This document shows positions 37,080 through 47,945 of a stretch of DNA of 64,000 bases, one piece after another (position 1 is the first letter of the stretch; each line of letters starts with the position of its first letter). The notes under the pieces are model-generated. The model was given only the letters and a program-made list of their open reading frames with translations. It searched no databases and was not told where the DNA came from. Position numbers and translations under genes: made by a program. The stretch is taken from NCBI GenBank assembly GCA_026416665.1, contig JAOAET010000051.1, positions 11,800-75,799 of the forward strand. Direction: 5' to 3'. The DNA is from Candidatus Omnitrophota bacterium. GTDB lineage: Bacteria > Omnitrophota > Gorgyraeia > Gygaellales > Profunditerraquicolaceae.

Positions 37080-38126
37080 TTATTTCCCAAAAAGTATTTT
37101 GCGAATATTTCTTGTGTACGGCGGTCTAATAATTCCCTTTTCAGTAATAAATGCCTTAATAAACTTTGCATCGGTTATATCAAAAGCAGGATTAAAGACC
37201 TTTATACCCTTTACTGCCATTGGCTTTTTAAAAAATAGGGTAGTTACTTCCTCAGCGGGCCGTTCTTCTATTGGTATATCCTTTCCTTCTGAACAGTTAA
37301 GGTCAAAAGTAGAACAAGGTGCTGCTACATAGAAGGCAATACCGTGGTAGTATGCAAGAACTGCTAACATGTAAGTGCCAATTTTATTAGCAGTATCTCC
37401 GTTTGCTGCAATACGGTCAGCTCCTACTAACACACAATCAATTTTTTTATTTTTCATTAGGGTGGCGGCCATATTATCGCAGATAAGGGTAACATCTATA
37501 GCCTTCTGTTTCAATTCCCAAGTAGTTAACCGAGCACCCTGCAGAAGTGGTCTTGTCTCACAGGCAAAAACAGAAAAATTTTTTTTCTTTTCTTTTGCCC
37601 GAAACAAAATCCCTAAGGCAGTCCCATAATCGATAGTAGCCAATGCTCCGGTATTACAAATAGTTAAAACCCTTGCTTCATCAGCGATTAACCTCTCACC
37701 ATTTTCAGCTATTTTACGACAAACTAATTTGTCTTCTTCAATAATCTTAACAGCCTCTTTTAGAACAATTTTTTTTAGCTCTTTTGGTGAACAGCCTTTA
37801 TTGTTTAATACCGCCCGCCAAACTCGTTCAATACCCCAAAAAAGATTACGTGCAGTAGGCCGTGCGTGGCTAATTAATCTCTTTGCATAATTAAGTTCTT
37901 TTAAAAATTCAAAGAAATTTTTTGCACAAGAATCTTTTATCCCTAAATACAAACCTAAGGCTGCTGCTGCTCCTAATGCAGGTGCACCCCTTACCTTTAA
38001 TTTTTTGATAGCTGATACTAACGACTGTAGGTCATAACACCAAATATAACGAAAGGTATTGGGCAAAACACTCTGGTCAACTAAACGCACTGCCTGGTTC
38101 TTAAAAGCTATTGTTTGATAAATCAT
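37080..38126 (-). CDS. mtnA: S-methyl-5-thioribose-1-phosphate isomerase (eIF-2B alpha/beta/delta-like)
   Basis: 'LVDQSVLP', 'RGAPALGAAAALGL', 'TRPLLQGARLT' and 'GADRIAANGDTANKIGTY' family signatures. Confidence 0.8.
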   Translation of the reverse strand: MIYQTIAFKNQAVRLVDQSVLPNTFRYIWCYDLQSLVSAIKKLKVRGAPALGAAAALGLYLGIKDSCAKNFFEFLKELNYAKRLISHARPTARNLFWGIERVWRAVLNNKGCSPKELKKIVLKEAVKIIEEDKLVCRKIAENGERLIADEARVLTICNTGALATIDYGTALGILFRAKEKKKNFSVFACETRPLLQGARLTTWELKQKAIDVTLICDNMAATLMKNKKIDCVLVGADRIAANGDTANKIGTYMLAVLAYYHGIAFYVAAPCSTFDLNCSEGKDIPIEERPAEEVTTLFFKKPMAVKGIKVFNPAFDITDAKFIKAFITEKGIIRPPYTRNIRKILFGK

Positions 38127-38133
38127 ATCAACC

Positions 38134-38739
38134 TTAACGATATATTTTTTCTTGTAATTCTTTTATTCGCTCTTTAATCTTAGACCGAATAATACGGCAT
38201 TGGTTAGGTTTAAGCAGTTCTAATACCTTTCGATAAGCTCTAATAGCAGCTTCAATTTCACCAAGATTAGCCAAGGCATCTGCCAAATTATCGTAGGTAA
38301 CTGCCCTATCTGGTTCAAGTTCCAATGCTTTATTAAAACATTTGATTGCCTCAGTGTATCTTCCAATATTATTAAGAAGCCATCCTTTGTTGTGGTAAAT
38401 CGTGGCATAATCAGGTTCAGCGGCAATTCCTTTATCAAAATATTCCAGTGCTTCATCAATAATACCGAGCTCTACCATACACAAAGCACGGTCATTGTAA
38501 CTGGCACCGTCCTTAGGATTAAGCTTAAGCGCTAAGTCAAAATGCTCTATAGCGGAAACGAACCTATTTTTTAGCAAATCAATCTGACCTTTAAAATATT
38601 CAATCTCTGAAACAATATTTCTCTTTTTTGCCAAGGCTAGAAATTTTCTGGCAAGCCCAAGCGCCTGCTTTTTAGTACCGTAGGTAATTGCCTGATCTAA
38701 CTGATGGCGCTGACGTGCAAAAATAGTCTGTTTACTCAT
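38134..38739 (-). CDS. TPR-repeat protein
   Basis: Four or five consecutive tetratricopeptide repeats ('AIEHFDLALKLNPKD', 'ALEYFDKGIAAEPDY', 'AIKCFNKALELEPD'). Confidence 0.65.
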   Translation of the reverse strand: MSKQTIFARQRHQLDQAITYGTKKQALGLARKFLALAKKRNIVSEIEYFKGQIDLLKNRFVSAIEHFDLALKLNPKDGASYNDRALCMVELGIIDEALEYFDKGIAAEPDYATIYHNKGWLLNNIGRYTEAIKCFNKALELEPDRAVTYDNLADALANLGEIEAAIRAYRKVLELLKPNQCRIIRSKIKERIKELQEKIYR

Positions 38740-38742
38740 TGT

Positions 38743-39525
38743 CTATATCCTCAGTTTAAAAAAAGTTACTGCATTTAAGGTAGTTTGTCTTGCCACTTCC
38801 TCAAGAGTAACTCCTTTTATTAAGGCAACTTCTTCAGCTAACCGCCGAACAGAGGCTGGTTCGTTGCGTTTACCACGCATACCTTCTGGAGAAAGATATG
38901 GGGCATCTGTTTCAAGACAAATACATTCAAGCGGAGTTACCCTCACAAGTTGGCGTAAGTATTCTGATCTTTTATAGGTAATGTTACAGGTAAACGAAAC
39001 AAGATACCCTCGTGTTATACATTCTTTTAAAAATTGCTCATCTCCACTAAAACAATGAATAAGGACACTATCAACTGATTCTTCTTTTAGTATTTGTAAA
39101 GTCTTTTCTTGAGCCTGCCGACAGTGGATTACTACGGGTTTGGCTAATTTCTTAGAAATCCGTAACAAACAACGAAACAACTCTTCCTGTTTATTGGGAC
39201 TAGATAGATTGCGATAGTAATCTAGACCTATTTCACCAATAGCCACTACCTTGGGATTCTGTGCAAGATACAAAAACTCCTCTTCATCTTCAGCTCGCCA
39301 GGTATCTGCATCATGGGGATGACAACCCACAGTAGCAAATACATTTGGATATCGCTTGGAAAGTTCTATGCACTGACGAGAAGCTGATAAACTTGAACCA
39401 ACAGATATAATCCAATGCACATTTTGCCTTTGCGCAGAGGCCAAAACCTCATCCCTATCCCTGGCAAACTCTGGAAAATCAAGATGACAATGGGTATCTA
39501 CTAGTGACCAGTCTCTATTATCCAT
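38743..39525 (-). CDS. tatD: TatD-family metal-dependent hydrolase/DNase
   Basis: 'LVDTHCHLD', 'GEIGLDY' and 'HCFSG' motifs. Confidence 0.85.
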   Translation of the reverse strand: MDNRDWSLVDTHCHLDFPEFARDRDEVLASAQRQNVHWIISVGSSLSASRQCIELSKRYPNVFATVGCHPHDADTWRAEDEEEFLYLAQNPKVVAIGEIGLDYYRNLSSPNKQEELFRCLLRISKKLAKPVVIHCRQAQEKTLQILKEESVDSVLIHCFSGDEQFLKECITRGYLVSFTCNITYKRSEYLRQLVRVTPLECICLETDAPYLSPEGMRGKRNEPASVRRLAEEVALIKGVTLEEVARQTTLNAVTFFKLRI

Positions 39526-39537
39526 TAAAATAGTTTA

Positions 39538-41046
39538 CTACTCTGTCTCAATTCGGGGAAAAAGAGGCAGTGATTTTTTAATTACTTTCTGTCCTATCTG
39601 CTGCTGTATAAAAGCTGCTGTCTGTGGCATAAATGCCGAAAGTTCGCTATTTATCGCTCTAATAATTTCTACTAAAAATCTCATGAACAACGCAAGTTCA
39701 TTTTTCTTATTCTCCTTCAACAAATTCCATGGTTTGGTTTCTTCTATATACTTATTTGCCTTATTGATAAGTTCCCAGATTCTTTCAAGAGCCAGACTGA
39801 AATTAAAATCATTCTCAGGCTGTAAGATTTTAAATACATCTTCGGGTAATCTACGGACGACAAATTTAATCTCTTCGGCTTGCTTACTCAATGACTGGGT
39901 CCAGATATCTATTTCTGGTATAGTTCCAGAAAAATATTTCTCTATCATACTAAGCGTGCGATAAACTAAGTTCCCTAAGTCATTGGCTAAATCACTATTA
40001 TAACGTTTAACAATTGCTTCCTCTGAAAAGTTACCGTCTAAACCAAAAGGGACATCGCGCAAGAGAAAATATCTTAAACCATCTGCGCTATATTTTTGGG
40101 TAAGCTCAACAGGTGAGATGACATTACCACGAGACTTAGACATCTTAGTCTCTTGGCTTAACCACCAACCGTGTGCACAAATAGTCTTAGGTGGCTGTAT
40201 TCCTAAAGCATGTAGCATAATGGGCCAATAAATTGCATGTTGGCGTAAAATATCTTTGCCAATTAACTGTAAGTCTGCAGGCCACCACAAAGAGTGGTAT
40301 TGTCCCTTTTCATCAAAATCACCAACTGCGCTAATATAATTAATCAGCGCATCAAACCAGACATAAGTAACATAGTCACTATCAAAAGGAATAGGGATAC
40401 CCCAAGATAATCGCTCTTTTGGGCGTGATATACATAAATCCTCTAAACGATTTTCTTCAAGAAACCGAACTACTTCATTGTAACGTATCTGCGGACGGAC
40501 AAATAAAGGATTTCTCTTTAAATAATCCATTAGCCAATCTTGATATATAGATAAGCGGAAAAAATAATTTTTTTCTGTAATGTATTCTACTGGTCGTTGA
40601 CAATCAGGGCAGAGATTATCTTTTAGCTGTGATTGTGCCCAGAAGCTTTCACAGGGGGTGCAATACCATCCTTCATACTGTGCTTGGTAGATATCATTTT
40701 TTTCTTTCAAAATACTTAGCACCCTTTGTACTACCTTCTTATGCCTTTCTTCAGTAGTACGAATAAAGTCATTATAGGATATACCTAGAATTTTCCATAA
40801 TTCCTTGAAAGTCAATACAACCCTATCAGCAAAAGAAAGTGTATCTAGACCGGAAGCCTGTGCGGCCCGTTGTATCTTCTGCCCGTGTTCGTCTGTTCCT
40901 GTTAGAAACCAAACATTCTGTTGACCATACCTATTTCGCATACAACGGGCAATCGTATCTGCCGCAATTGTAGTATAAGAATGTCCAATATGTGGTTGGG
41001 CATTAATGTAATATAAAGGTGTAGTTAAATAAAACTTATTCGCCAT
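39538..41046 (-). CDS. metG: Methionyl-tRNA synthetase (short form without C-terminal dimerisation/EMAP domain)
   Basis: Class I motifs 'HIGHSYT' and 'KMSKSRGN', and a Zn knuckle 'CPDC'. Confidence 0.9.
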   Translation of the reverse strand: MANKFYLTTPLYYINAQPHIGHSYTTIAADTIARCMRNRYGQQNVWFLTGTDEHGQKIQRAAQASGLDTLSFADRVVLTFKELWKILGISYNDFIRTTEERHKKVVQRVLSILKEKNDIYQAQYEGWYCTPCESFWAQSQLKDNLCPDCQRPVEYITEKNYFFRLSIYQDWLMDYLKRNPLFVRPQIRYNEVVRFLEENRLEDLCISRPKERLSWGIPIPFDSDYVTYVWFDALINYISAVGDFDEKGQYHSLWWPADLQLIGKDILRQHAIYWPIMLHALGIQPPKTICAHGWWLSQETKMSKSRGNVISPVELTQKYSADGLRYFLLRDVPFGLDGNFSEEAIVKRYNSDLANDLGNLVYRTLSMIEKYFSGTIPEIDIWTQSLSKQAEEIKFVVRRLPEDVFKILQPENDFNFSLALERIWELINKANKYIEETKPWNLLKENKKNELALFMRFLVEIIRAINSELSAFMPQTAAFIQQQIGQKVIKKSLPLFPRIETE

Positions 41047-41124
41047 AATCGAAGTTTATTGTTTTAGTGTAGCTTAATTAAGAGATGAATTTAATCTATG
41101 GTTTTACCAATTTGCTTTACCTAA

Positions 41125-41907
41125 TTATTTGTAATGAACTTCTATTACTGCTCCTGTTTCTAATTCCACAGTTGCTGTGCGTTTGAAAACATTAACACTA
41201 ATTACTTTACCTTTTCCTTCCTTAAGATTAACGCGCTCCCCCTCTTTTGGTAAACCTTTAGAAAGTATCTTATAGGTCTCATATTCAAAATTAAGACAGC
41301 ACATAAGTCTACCACAAATACCAGAGATTTTAGGAGGGTTAAGTGGGAGCCCTTCTTCTTTAGCCATCTTTATTGTAACAGGTTCAAAATCTTTTAGGAA
41401 AGTAGCACAACACAGCTGTCTACCACAAGGCCCAAAACCACCAAAAAATTTTGTTTCGTCTCTTACCCCTATTTGACGCAATTCAATACGTGCTTTAAAA
41501 ATTTTGGCAAGATCTTTGACTAATTCTCGGAAATCTACCCTACCTTCTGCCGTAAAATAAAATACTATTTTTGTTCGGTCAAAAGAATACTCAGCCTGCA
41601 CAATTTTCATTTCTAATTTATGTTCCTCTACTTTTCTGATGCAAGTAACAAGTGCCTCCTTTGCCTTTGTGCGATTTTCCTCAATTTGTTTTTTGTCCTG
41701 TTCTCTGGCAATACGAACAATTTTCTTTATCGGTTGTTTATCCGATAGCTCCTTTTCATCTACCTTAAGTGATATTATCTGACCGTAATCTAAACCTCGG
41801 TCATGTTCAACAATAACCAAATCTCCTTCTTTTACCTCACAGCCACCGGTAAAATAATAACAGTTTTGTCCTGTATCTCTTAGCCGAACACAAACTATGG
41901 ATTCCAT
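41125..41907 (-). CDS. ricT: PSP1-domain protein (RicT/YaaT family)
   Basis: PSP1 C-terminal domain with 'CGRQLCCATFL' / 'CGRLMCC' Cys pairs. Located next to holB as in Firmicutes. Confidence 0.7.
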   Translation of the reverse strand: MESIVCVRLRDTGQNCYYFTGGCEVKEGDLVIVEHDRGLDYGQIISLKVDEKELSDKQPIKKIVRIAREQDKKQIEENRTKAKEALVTCIRKVEEHKLEMKIVQAEYSFDRTKIVFYFTAEGRVDFRELVKDLAKIFKARIELRQIGVRDETKFFGGFGPCGRQLCCATFLKDFEPVTIKMAKEEGLPLNPPKISGICGRLMCCLNFEYETYKILSKGLPKEGERVNLKEGKGKVISVNVFKRTATVELETGAVIEVHYK

Positions 41908-41929
41908 AAATCTGTCCTCGTTAAATAAA

Positions 41930-42964
41930 TTAGCTTCTTATCTCTGACAACACCATATTAAGTAGAAGTTTAAGATTGACATTCTGTTCGGTATATAACA
42001 AGGCCTCTTTTAAAACATACATAATCCGCTCTATTTTCTCCAAGGAAAAATCTTTTGCCAAACTCTCTAAAAGCGGAAGATTTTCTGAATCGGCTATTGT
42101 GCTAGGCGGAAGTTCTGCTTTTAAAAAATATAAGTCCCTCAAAAATAAAGAAATAAAACAGATAGACCTTATAAATCTTTCTTTATCTTGTAGGAATGTT
42201 TGCTCTGTATTAGGAAATCTTTGAACAAAAAATAAATTTATAACGCGCTTTTTTTCTGTGAGTAGCTGTTCACTATTCTCTCTTACCGCCTTACCTAAAC
42301 TACCCTCATAAAAATAGGCAAGATACCTGCGCGCCTCTTGGGAAAGGTCCTGTTGTTTGGCTAATATATCTTCTATTAAAGCTGTATTGACCCCAGAAAA
42401 TTTAAGCAGTTTACAGCGTGAAATGATAGTTGGATAGAGAAGATTTTTTTTGTCTGTGACTAAAATAATTACACTGTAGCCAGGTGGTTCTTCTAGAGTC
42501 TTTAGGAAGGCATTGGCTGCATCACTATTCAAATTGTGGGCATCATTAATAATTACTACTTTATAACAAGACTTAGTAGGCTTATAGGAGAGTTCCTGCT
42601 GTAACTGGCGTATTTCTTCAATTTTTATCTCTTTGCTCTTAGAACCCACAGATATAGCTTTCTTTTGCGTTTCTGTTTCAGGGATAGGGTATTCTGTGGT
42701 ATCTATCTCTTCTGCCTGTTTATCCACAATATAAACATCTGGATGGTTGCGACGCTCAATAGCTAAACAGTTATGACACCGCTGGCAACAGTCATCAGTC
42801 TGGTTAATACATTGAATAGCCTTTGCAAAATTAACTGCAGTTAAGAATTTTCCCACTGCGGTTGGTCCTGAAAATAGATAAGCACCTGCTACTCTTTTAG
42901 TTTGCAAGATACGCTGTAAAACAGAAATTTGCAGACTATGTCCTTTAATGTCTTTAAACGCCAT
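41930..42964 (-). CDS. holB: DNA polymerase III delta-prime subunit
   Basis: 'AYLFSGPTAVGK' degenerate Walker A, Zn module 'CQRCHNC', and 'VIIINDAHNLN'. Confidence 0.8.
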   Translation of the reverse strand: MAFKDIKGHSLQISVLQRILQTKRVAGAYLFSGPTAVGKFLTAVNFAKAIQCINQTDDCCQRCHNCLAIERRNHPDVYIVDKQAEEIDTTEYPIPETETQKKAISVGSKSKEIKIEEIRQLQQELSYKPTKSCYKVVIINDAHNLNSDAANAFLKTLEEPPGYSVIILVTDKKNLLYPTIISRCKLLKFSGVNTALIEDILAKQQDLSQEARRYLAYFYEGSLGKAVRENSEQLLTEKKRVINLFFVQRFPNTEQTFLQDKERFIRSICFISLFLRDLYFLKAELPPSTIADSENLPLLESLAKDFSLEKIERIMYVLKEALLYTEQNVNLKLLLNMVLSEIRS

Positions 42965-43580
42965 CTTTGAAGAATATCTTGTCTACAATTTTACGAATAC
43001 GTTGTTGGGTTGAATTTAAATCGTCTAATAATCTTACTACCTTTATTCTTTCAGGAAATTTTTTAGATAAAATACGATACCCCTGTTGGACACGCCGGTG
43101 ATAAGAAAAAGCCCTTTGTTCAATTCGGTCTTTCCTTCGTAATATTTTCTTAAACGCTTTTGATAAAGGAATATCCAAAAGTATAGTTAAATCAGGCGTA
43201 ATCCCCTCTGTTACAAATTCCCCTAATCTTTGAATAAATTCTAAATCCATGCCTAGTCCATATCCCTGATAGACAACAGTAGAATCAAGAAATCTGTCAC
43301 AAATAACAATAAATCCATTCTTCAAAGCAGGACGAATAACCTCTTCAACTGTCTGCGCCCTGCTTGCCATATAAAGTAAAAGCTCAGTCTTATCAGCCAT
43401 CTTAATATTATGAGGATCAAGAAGAATTCTACGAATCGCCTCACTGATTTTAGTGCCTCCAGGCTCACGTAAAAAGATAACCTTGCGATATTTACTTTTT
43501 AGATATTCAAATAGTAACCTTGACTGTGTGCTCTTACCACTACATTCCGTACCTTCAAAAGTAATAAATTTTGCTCTCAA
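42954..43580 (-). CDS. tmk: Thymidylate kinase
   Basis: P-loop 'ITFEGTECSGKSTQ' and the 'DRF' motif. The ORF-track start at 43691 overlaps cysS by 65 nt. A TTG at 43580 preceded by GGAGA (5-nt spacing) is the likely start. Confidence 0.75.
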   Translation of the reverse strand: MRAKFITFEGTECSGKSTQSRLLFEYLKSKYRKVIFLREPGGTKISEAIRRILLDPHNIKMADKTELLLYMASRAQTVEEVIRPALKNGFIVICDRFLDSTVVYQGYGLGMDLEFIQRLGEFVTEGITPDLTILLDIPLSKAFKKILRRKDRIEQRAFSYHRRVQQGYRILSKKFPERIKVVRLLDDLNSTQQRIRKIVDKIFFKDGV

Positions 43581-43626
43581 ATTAATCTCCTTCTTTAATA
43601 AATTATCTGCCCAAAATAAGCATTTT

Positions 43627-45063
43627 CTACAATTTCCTTCTCCAGGTTGTTCCTTCTTTGGTATCCTCAAGAATAATACCTTCTTGCTCAAGCTCTTTAC
43701 GAATACGGTCAGCTTCCAGAAAATTACGTTGTCTCTTGGCCTGAAGTCGTCTTTGTATCAACTCTTCAATACGTTTATTCTCTTCATCTTGGTTGGTTTC
43801 TTTATATGAAGTTACCGTAACTACTTCGTTGATGTCTATGCCTAAAACTTTAAGAAAATCAGAAAAAAGAATCTGTGCCTGTGCTACAAACATTTTATCT
43901 AAGATATTCTTGTTAGTCTGGCTAATTAATTCAAAAAGACACGCCACTGCCTTTGGGGTATTGAAGTCATCATCCATTGCCGCAACAAATTCCTGTCTTA
44001 AATTATCTAGCAGATGATTATCAAAATGTGAAAATACTTTTTGTATTTTTAAAGTGTTAATCTTATGCCAAAGAATACTGATTCTTTCAAGCGCCTGTTT
44101 TGCCTCTGAGATTTTTGTTTCAGTATAATCAATAGGATGGCTGTAATGTGTAGAAAGAAAAAAAAGTTTAAGTATACTTGCATATTTATAACGTCTTAAA
44201 AAGTCCTCAACAGTAATAAAGTTACCTAAAGACTTTGCCATCTTCTGTCCGTTTATCGTAAGCAGTCCGTGGTGTAGCCAATATCGGGCAAAAGATTTAC
44301 CTGCTGCTTCAGACTGGGCAATTTCGTTTTCATGGTGTGGGAAAATTAAATCAATACCACCTCCATGAATATCAAAGGCGTCCCCCAAAATGTCTGAACT
44401 CATTACAGAACACTCGATGTGCCAACCGGGTCTACCTTTACCCCAAGGGCTGTCCCAACACGGTTCTTCTTTCTTTGCCTTTTTCCAAAGGGCGAAATCC
44501 AAAGGATTGCGTTTCTGCTCATTAAGTGCTACACGTGCACCTGCCTCCATCTTCTCGAGAGACTGATTAGAAAGTTTTCCATAGGACTTTGCCTGGCTAA
44601 TGTCAAAATATACGTCACCATTAGATACATAAGCTACTTTGCGTTTAAGAAGCTCTTCAATAAAAGTAATCATCTTGGGAATATATTGGCTTGCTTTAGG
44701 CTCAATAACCTGTGGTTCTTTATAAGCAATGCCTAATTTATCTAATGCACAGTGGTAACTTTCTAAATACTTATCCGCAACTTTCTTAAAAGAAATCTGT
44801 AATTCTTCTTCAGGATACTCATTTCTTGCCTTATCAATAATTTTATCATCTACATCAGTTACATTACGCACAAATTTTACTTCATAACCTCGCCAGATAA
44901 GATAACGTCTTATTAAATCAAATACATAGGCACTGCGTGCGTGGCCGATATGCGGTTCGTCATAAACAGTAGGACCACATACATACATTGAGAACTTCCC
45001 TTTTTCTAAGGGAATTAATTCCTCTTTTCTACGCATTAAGGAATTATAAACCGTAATACCCAT
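43627..45063 (-). CDS. cysS: Cysteinyl-tRNA synthetase
   Basis: 'HIGHARS', 'KMAKSLGN' and Zn-ligand cysteines. Confidence 0.9.
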   Translation of the reverse strand: MGITVYNSLMRRKEELIPLEKGKFSMYVCGPTVYDEPHIGHARSAYVFDLIRRYLIWRGYEVKFVRNVTDVDDKIIDKARNEYPEEELQISFKKVADKYLESYHCALDKLGIAYKEPQVIEPKASQYIPKMITFIEELLKRKVAYVSNGDVYFDISQAKSYGKLSNQSLEKMEAGARVALNEQKRNPLDFALWKKAKKEEPCWDSPWGKGRPGWHIECSVMSSDILGDAFDIHGGGIDLIFPHHENEIAQSEAAGKSFARYWLHHGLLTINGQKMAKSLGNFITVEDFLRRYKYASILKLFFLSTHYSHPIDYTETKISEAKQALERISILWHKINTLKIQKVFSHFDNHLLDNLRQEFVAAMDDDFNTPKAVACLFELISQTNKNILDKMFVAQAQILFSDFLKVLGIDINEVVTVTSYKETNQDEENKRIEELIQRRLQAKRQRNFLEADRIRKELEQEGIILEDTKEGTTWRRKL

Positions 45064-45064
45064 C

Positions 45065-45751
45065 TTACTTATTTCTTTTCTCTAAGTCGGCTATGCGTTT
45101 CTCAAGCTCTTCTAAATTCTGCATAAGTGGATCTAAGATATGTATGTGGTCAAGGCTCACATCAATTTTTCTGCCGTCTTGTTTAGTTATCCTACCAGGA
45201 ACCCCCACAATGGTAGAGTTAGGCGGAACATCTCTTATTACCACTGCATTTGCACCAATATAAGAATTATCTCCTATAGTAATATTACCTAAAACCTTTG
45301 CTCCTGCACCAATGACCACATTGTTTCCAATAGTGGGATGGCGTTTACCTTTTTCAAGCCCTGTTCCCCCTAAGGTAACCCCTTGATATAGAAGCACATT
45401 GTCACCAATAATAGCAGTTTCACCAATAACTACTCCCATACCGTGGTCAATGAAACAACCTTTACCAATGGTTGCTCCTGGGTGAATTTCAACTCCTGTA
45501 AGAAAACGCCCTATCTGGCTAATCCATCGTGCAATAAAATATAATTTCTTTTTATAGAAAAAATGGGCGATGCGGTATAAGACTAAAGCATGTAAACCTT
45601 GATACAATAGTAAAATCTCCCATATACTTCGTGCTGCTGGGTCCTTTTCTTTAGCGGCTTTCACTTCCTCTTGGAAAAAAAGGAGAATAACAGTAACTTT
45701 TAAAGCTAAAAATATAATCAAGAATAATAAAAACTTAAGTAAAAATAACAT
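45065..45751 (-). CDS. cysE: Serine O-acetyltransferase (left-handed beta-helix) with an N-terminal hydrophobic extension
   Basis: Hexapeptide repeats '[34 protein letters not shown]' and the CysE N-terminal block 'DPAARS'. The first ~25 residues form a predicted TM helix. Confidence 0.8.
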   Translation of the reverse strand: MLFLLKFLLFLIIFLALKVTVILLFFQEEVKAAKEKDPAARSIWEILLLYQGLHALVLYRIAHFFYKKKLYFIARWISQIGRFLTGVEIHPGATIGKGCFIDHGMGVVIGETAIIGDNVLLYQGVTLGGTGLEKGKRHPTIGNNVVIGAGAKVLGNITIGDNSYIGANAVVIRDVPPNSTIVGVPGRITKQDGRKIDVSLDHIHILDPLMQNLEELEKRIADLEKRNK

Positions 45752-45753
45752 TT

Positions 45754-46272
45754 TTACTCCTTTTTTAAAAGGCAGACAGCATACGCAGCAATTGCCTCAG
45801 CCCTGCCTACTTCACCAATTCCATTATTAGTCTTTGCTTTGATACTAACTGCTTCCTGTTTAACACCCGTAGTCTGACTGATTATCTGCTGCATAGCTTT
45901 TTTAAAAGGCACAAAGTTTGGCTGGCTGGCAATAATTACACAGTCGATATTTATAAGATTAAATCCTTCTTGTTTAATAGAATTAATCAACTTCTCTAAC
46001 AATGTCCTACTTGAAATCCCTTCATATGAAGGGTCAGTATCAGGAAAACATTCGCCTATATCCTGTTTTCCTGTTGCACCTAAAAGCGCATCACATATAG
46101 CATGTAAAAGAACATCGCCGTCTGAATGGCCAGAAAGTCCTTTAATATAGGGTATCTGTATTCCTCCGATAAACAGTGGTCTTCCCTCAATAAGAGGATG
46201 TATATCATAACCAAATCCTATACGGAGATTTTCCATAATATCAGGCCTTTCGTTTAGCCAATGCTTGAGCAA
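45754..46272 (-). CDS. ispF: 2-C-methyl-D-erythritol 2,4-cyclodiphosphate synthase
   Basis: 'GFGYDIHPL' and '[19 protein letters not shown]' signatures. Confidence 0.9.
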   Translation of the reverse strand: MLKHWLNERPDIMENLRIGFGYDIHPLIEGRPLFIGGIQIPYIKGLSGHSDGDVLLHAICDALLGATGKQDIGECFPDTDPSYEGISSRTLLEKLINSIKQEGFNLINIDCVIIASQPNFVPFKKAMQQIISQTTGVKQEAVSIKAKTNNGIGEVGRAEAIAAYAVCLLKKE

Positions 46273-46957
46273 TTAAAGCGTCCTCAGCAGTAGTAACCTT
46301 GATATTCTCGTAACTACCCAAAACTACTGCCACAGGAAGCCCTATCTTCTCAACCAAACTTGCATCATCGGTTACATCTTCTTTAACAAATTTAGCTATT
46401 GCTTCCTCTATTAATCTTTTATGAAAAGCCTGAGGAGTTTGTACCTGCCAAAGTGTATCTCTTTTAAGGGTTTTTTCTACTAACATTTCATGATTAACTG
46501 TATTAATTTCTATTTGTTTAATAGTCTCTTTTACTGGGACTGCTAAAATTGCCGCACCCCAAAAACGTACTTTTTTTATAAGTTTTGTAACTAGTGACTC
46601 CTCCACAAATGGCCGTGCTCCATCGTGGATAATAACAATTTCTGTATGTGGACTGGTTACCTTTACTCCTTCAGCTACAGAATCTTGTCTACGTTTACCA
46701 CCTAATACAATTCTTTTTACTTTAGTAAATCCTTCCTTTTTTACTAAATGCTGTATCTGTGACTTGTTTTTTCTACTTGCTACAACAATTATCTCATTAA
46801 TCTGTGGATGTCGCTGAAAAGTACCGATACTATAACTAAGAAGTTTTTTTTTAGCTAATCTAATAAGCAGTTTATCATTATTCCTATCAAAACGACTACC
46901 TTTACCTGCTGCTAAGATTATACAACTAATGTACATCGTATTTAATAACTTTAGCAA
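46241..46957 (-). CDS. ispD: 2-C-methyl-D-erythritol 4-phosphate cytidylyltransferase
   Basis: '[11 protein letters not shown]' and 'VVIHDGARP'. Confidence 0.85.
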   Translation of the reverse strand: MLKLLNTMYISCIILAAGKGSRFDRNNDKLLIRLAKKKLLSYSIGTFQRHPQINEIIVVASRKNKSQIQHLVKKEGFTKVKRIVLGGKRRQDSVAEGVKVTSPHTEIVIIHDGARPFVEESLVTKLIKKVRFWGAAILAVPVKETIKQIEINTVNHEMLVEKTLKRDTLWQVQTPQAFHKRLIEEAIAKFVKEDVTDDASLVEKIGLPVAVVLGSYENIKVTTAEDALIAQALAKRKA

Positions 46958-47909
46958 AAATCATTCTTCCTGCGGGAGTCTGAAGAACAGAGGTTACTGA
47001 CACTTTGACTTCCTGCCCAATTAATCTACGAGCATCTTCTACTACCACCATTGTTCCATCATCCAAATACCCCACTGCCTGGTTATATTCTTTTCCTTCT
47101 TTTAAAAGTTTAAGCTGTAACTGTTCACCTGGAAAAACCACAGGCTTAAGGGCATTAGCCAACTCATTTATGTTTAATACCTTTACCCCTTGGAAACTTG
47201 CTACGTGGTTTAGATTATAATCAACGGTTAGTATCTTTGCCTGCAGTATTTGTGCAAGTTTAACCAATTTTGCGTCAACCTCTCGCACCTCAGGGAATTC
47301 ATCCTCATGGACAGACAATACCAAACCTGCCTCTTTTTGTATACTATTCAATATCTCTAATCCTCTGCGACCGCGTTGACGTTTTATTGGATCGGTAGAA
47401 TCAGCAATTTGTTGAAGTTCTTTGAGAACAAAGCGCGGAATAATAATTTTCCCACTAAGAAACTTTGTCTTTAAGATATCTAGAATTCTACCATCAATTA
47501 TGGCGCTTGTATCTATAATTATTGTTTCCTCTTGTTGATCCTGGCGTCGCAAGCGAACATAAGGAATAATTAAATTAAATTCATCTTTGCCACGTAAACC
47601 AATAAGCATACCCAGATAGCAGAAGATTAGGGTTAAAATAACCCGAATATTTGCCTCTGTCTGTTCAGGGAGCTTTGCTAGACTGAAAGCATCTCCTACT
47701 AATTTCGCCATAATAAGCCCTAAGATAAGTCCAAATACTGTTGAGGACAACCCACGCACAGATACCCGTTTCATTAAACTCTCAAGTAAAATAATAATCA
47801 CACTACTTACAAAGCCAATGACTGCACCTAACAGATGAACCGGTGTAAGATAGTATCCCACAAGAATACTTGCTATTAAGAAAAGAATACGAACAGATAA
47901 AACATTCAT
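46926..47909 (-). CDS. PIN/TRAM-domain membrane protein (YacL-like)
   Basis: Three or four N-terminal TM helices, PIN domain '[13 protein letters not shown]', C-terminal TRAM-like beta domain. It sits between radA and ispD exactly as yacL does in Bacillus. Confidence 0.7.
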   Translation of the reverse strand: MNVLSVRILFLIASILVGYYLTPVHLLGAVIGFVSSVIIILLESLMKRVSVRGLSSTVFGLILGLIMAKLVGDAFSLAKLPEQTEANIRVILTLIFCYLGMLIGLRGKDEFNLIIPYVRLRRQDQQEETIIIDTSAIIDGRILDILKTKFLSGKIIIPRFVLKELQQIADSTDPIKRQRGRRGLEILNSIQKEAGLVLSVHEDEFPEVREVDAKLVKLAQILQAKILTVDYNLNHVASFQGVKVLNINELANALKPVVFPGEQLQLKLLKEGKEYNQAVGYLDDGTMVVVEDARRLIGQEVKVSVTSVLQTPAGRMIFAKVIKYDVH

Positions 47910-47945
47910 TTTACCTCCTATTAAAGAAAATAAAAACTTATGAGT

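Noticed and set aside
36517-37332. Two plus-strand ORFs (133 and 119 aa) overlapping thiL and mtnA
   Set aside because: They are antisense to conserved enzyme genes with clear motifs. Their composition is biased (Ser/Leu/Pro-rich) and they carry no recognisable domains.
38220-38459. 79-aa alternative-frame ORF inside the TPR gene 38134..38739
   Set aside because: It is in the same region on the same strand but a different frame from a clearly repeat-structured TPR protein, and it has no independent support.
43581-43691. N-terminal 37-aa extension of tmk in the ORF track (start at 43691)
   Set aside because: It overlaps the 3' end of cysS by 65 nt and lacks similarity to Tmk N-termini. A TTG at 43580 with a GGAGA Shine–Dalgarno 5 nt upstream explains the gene better.
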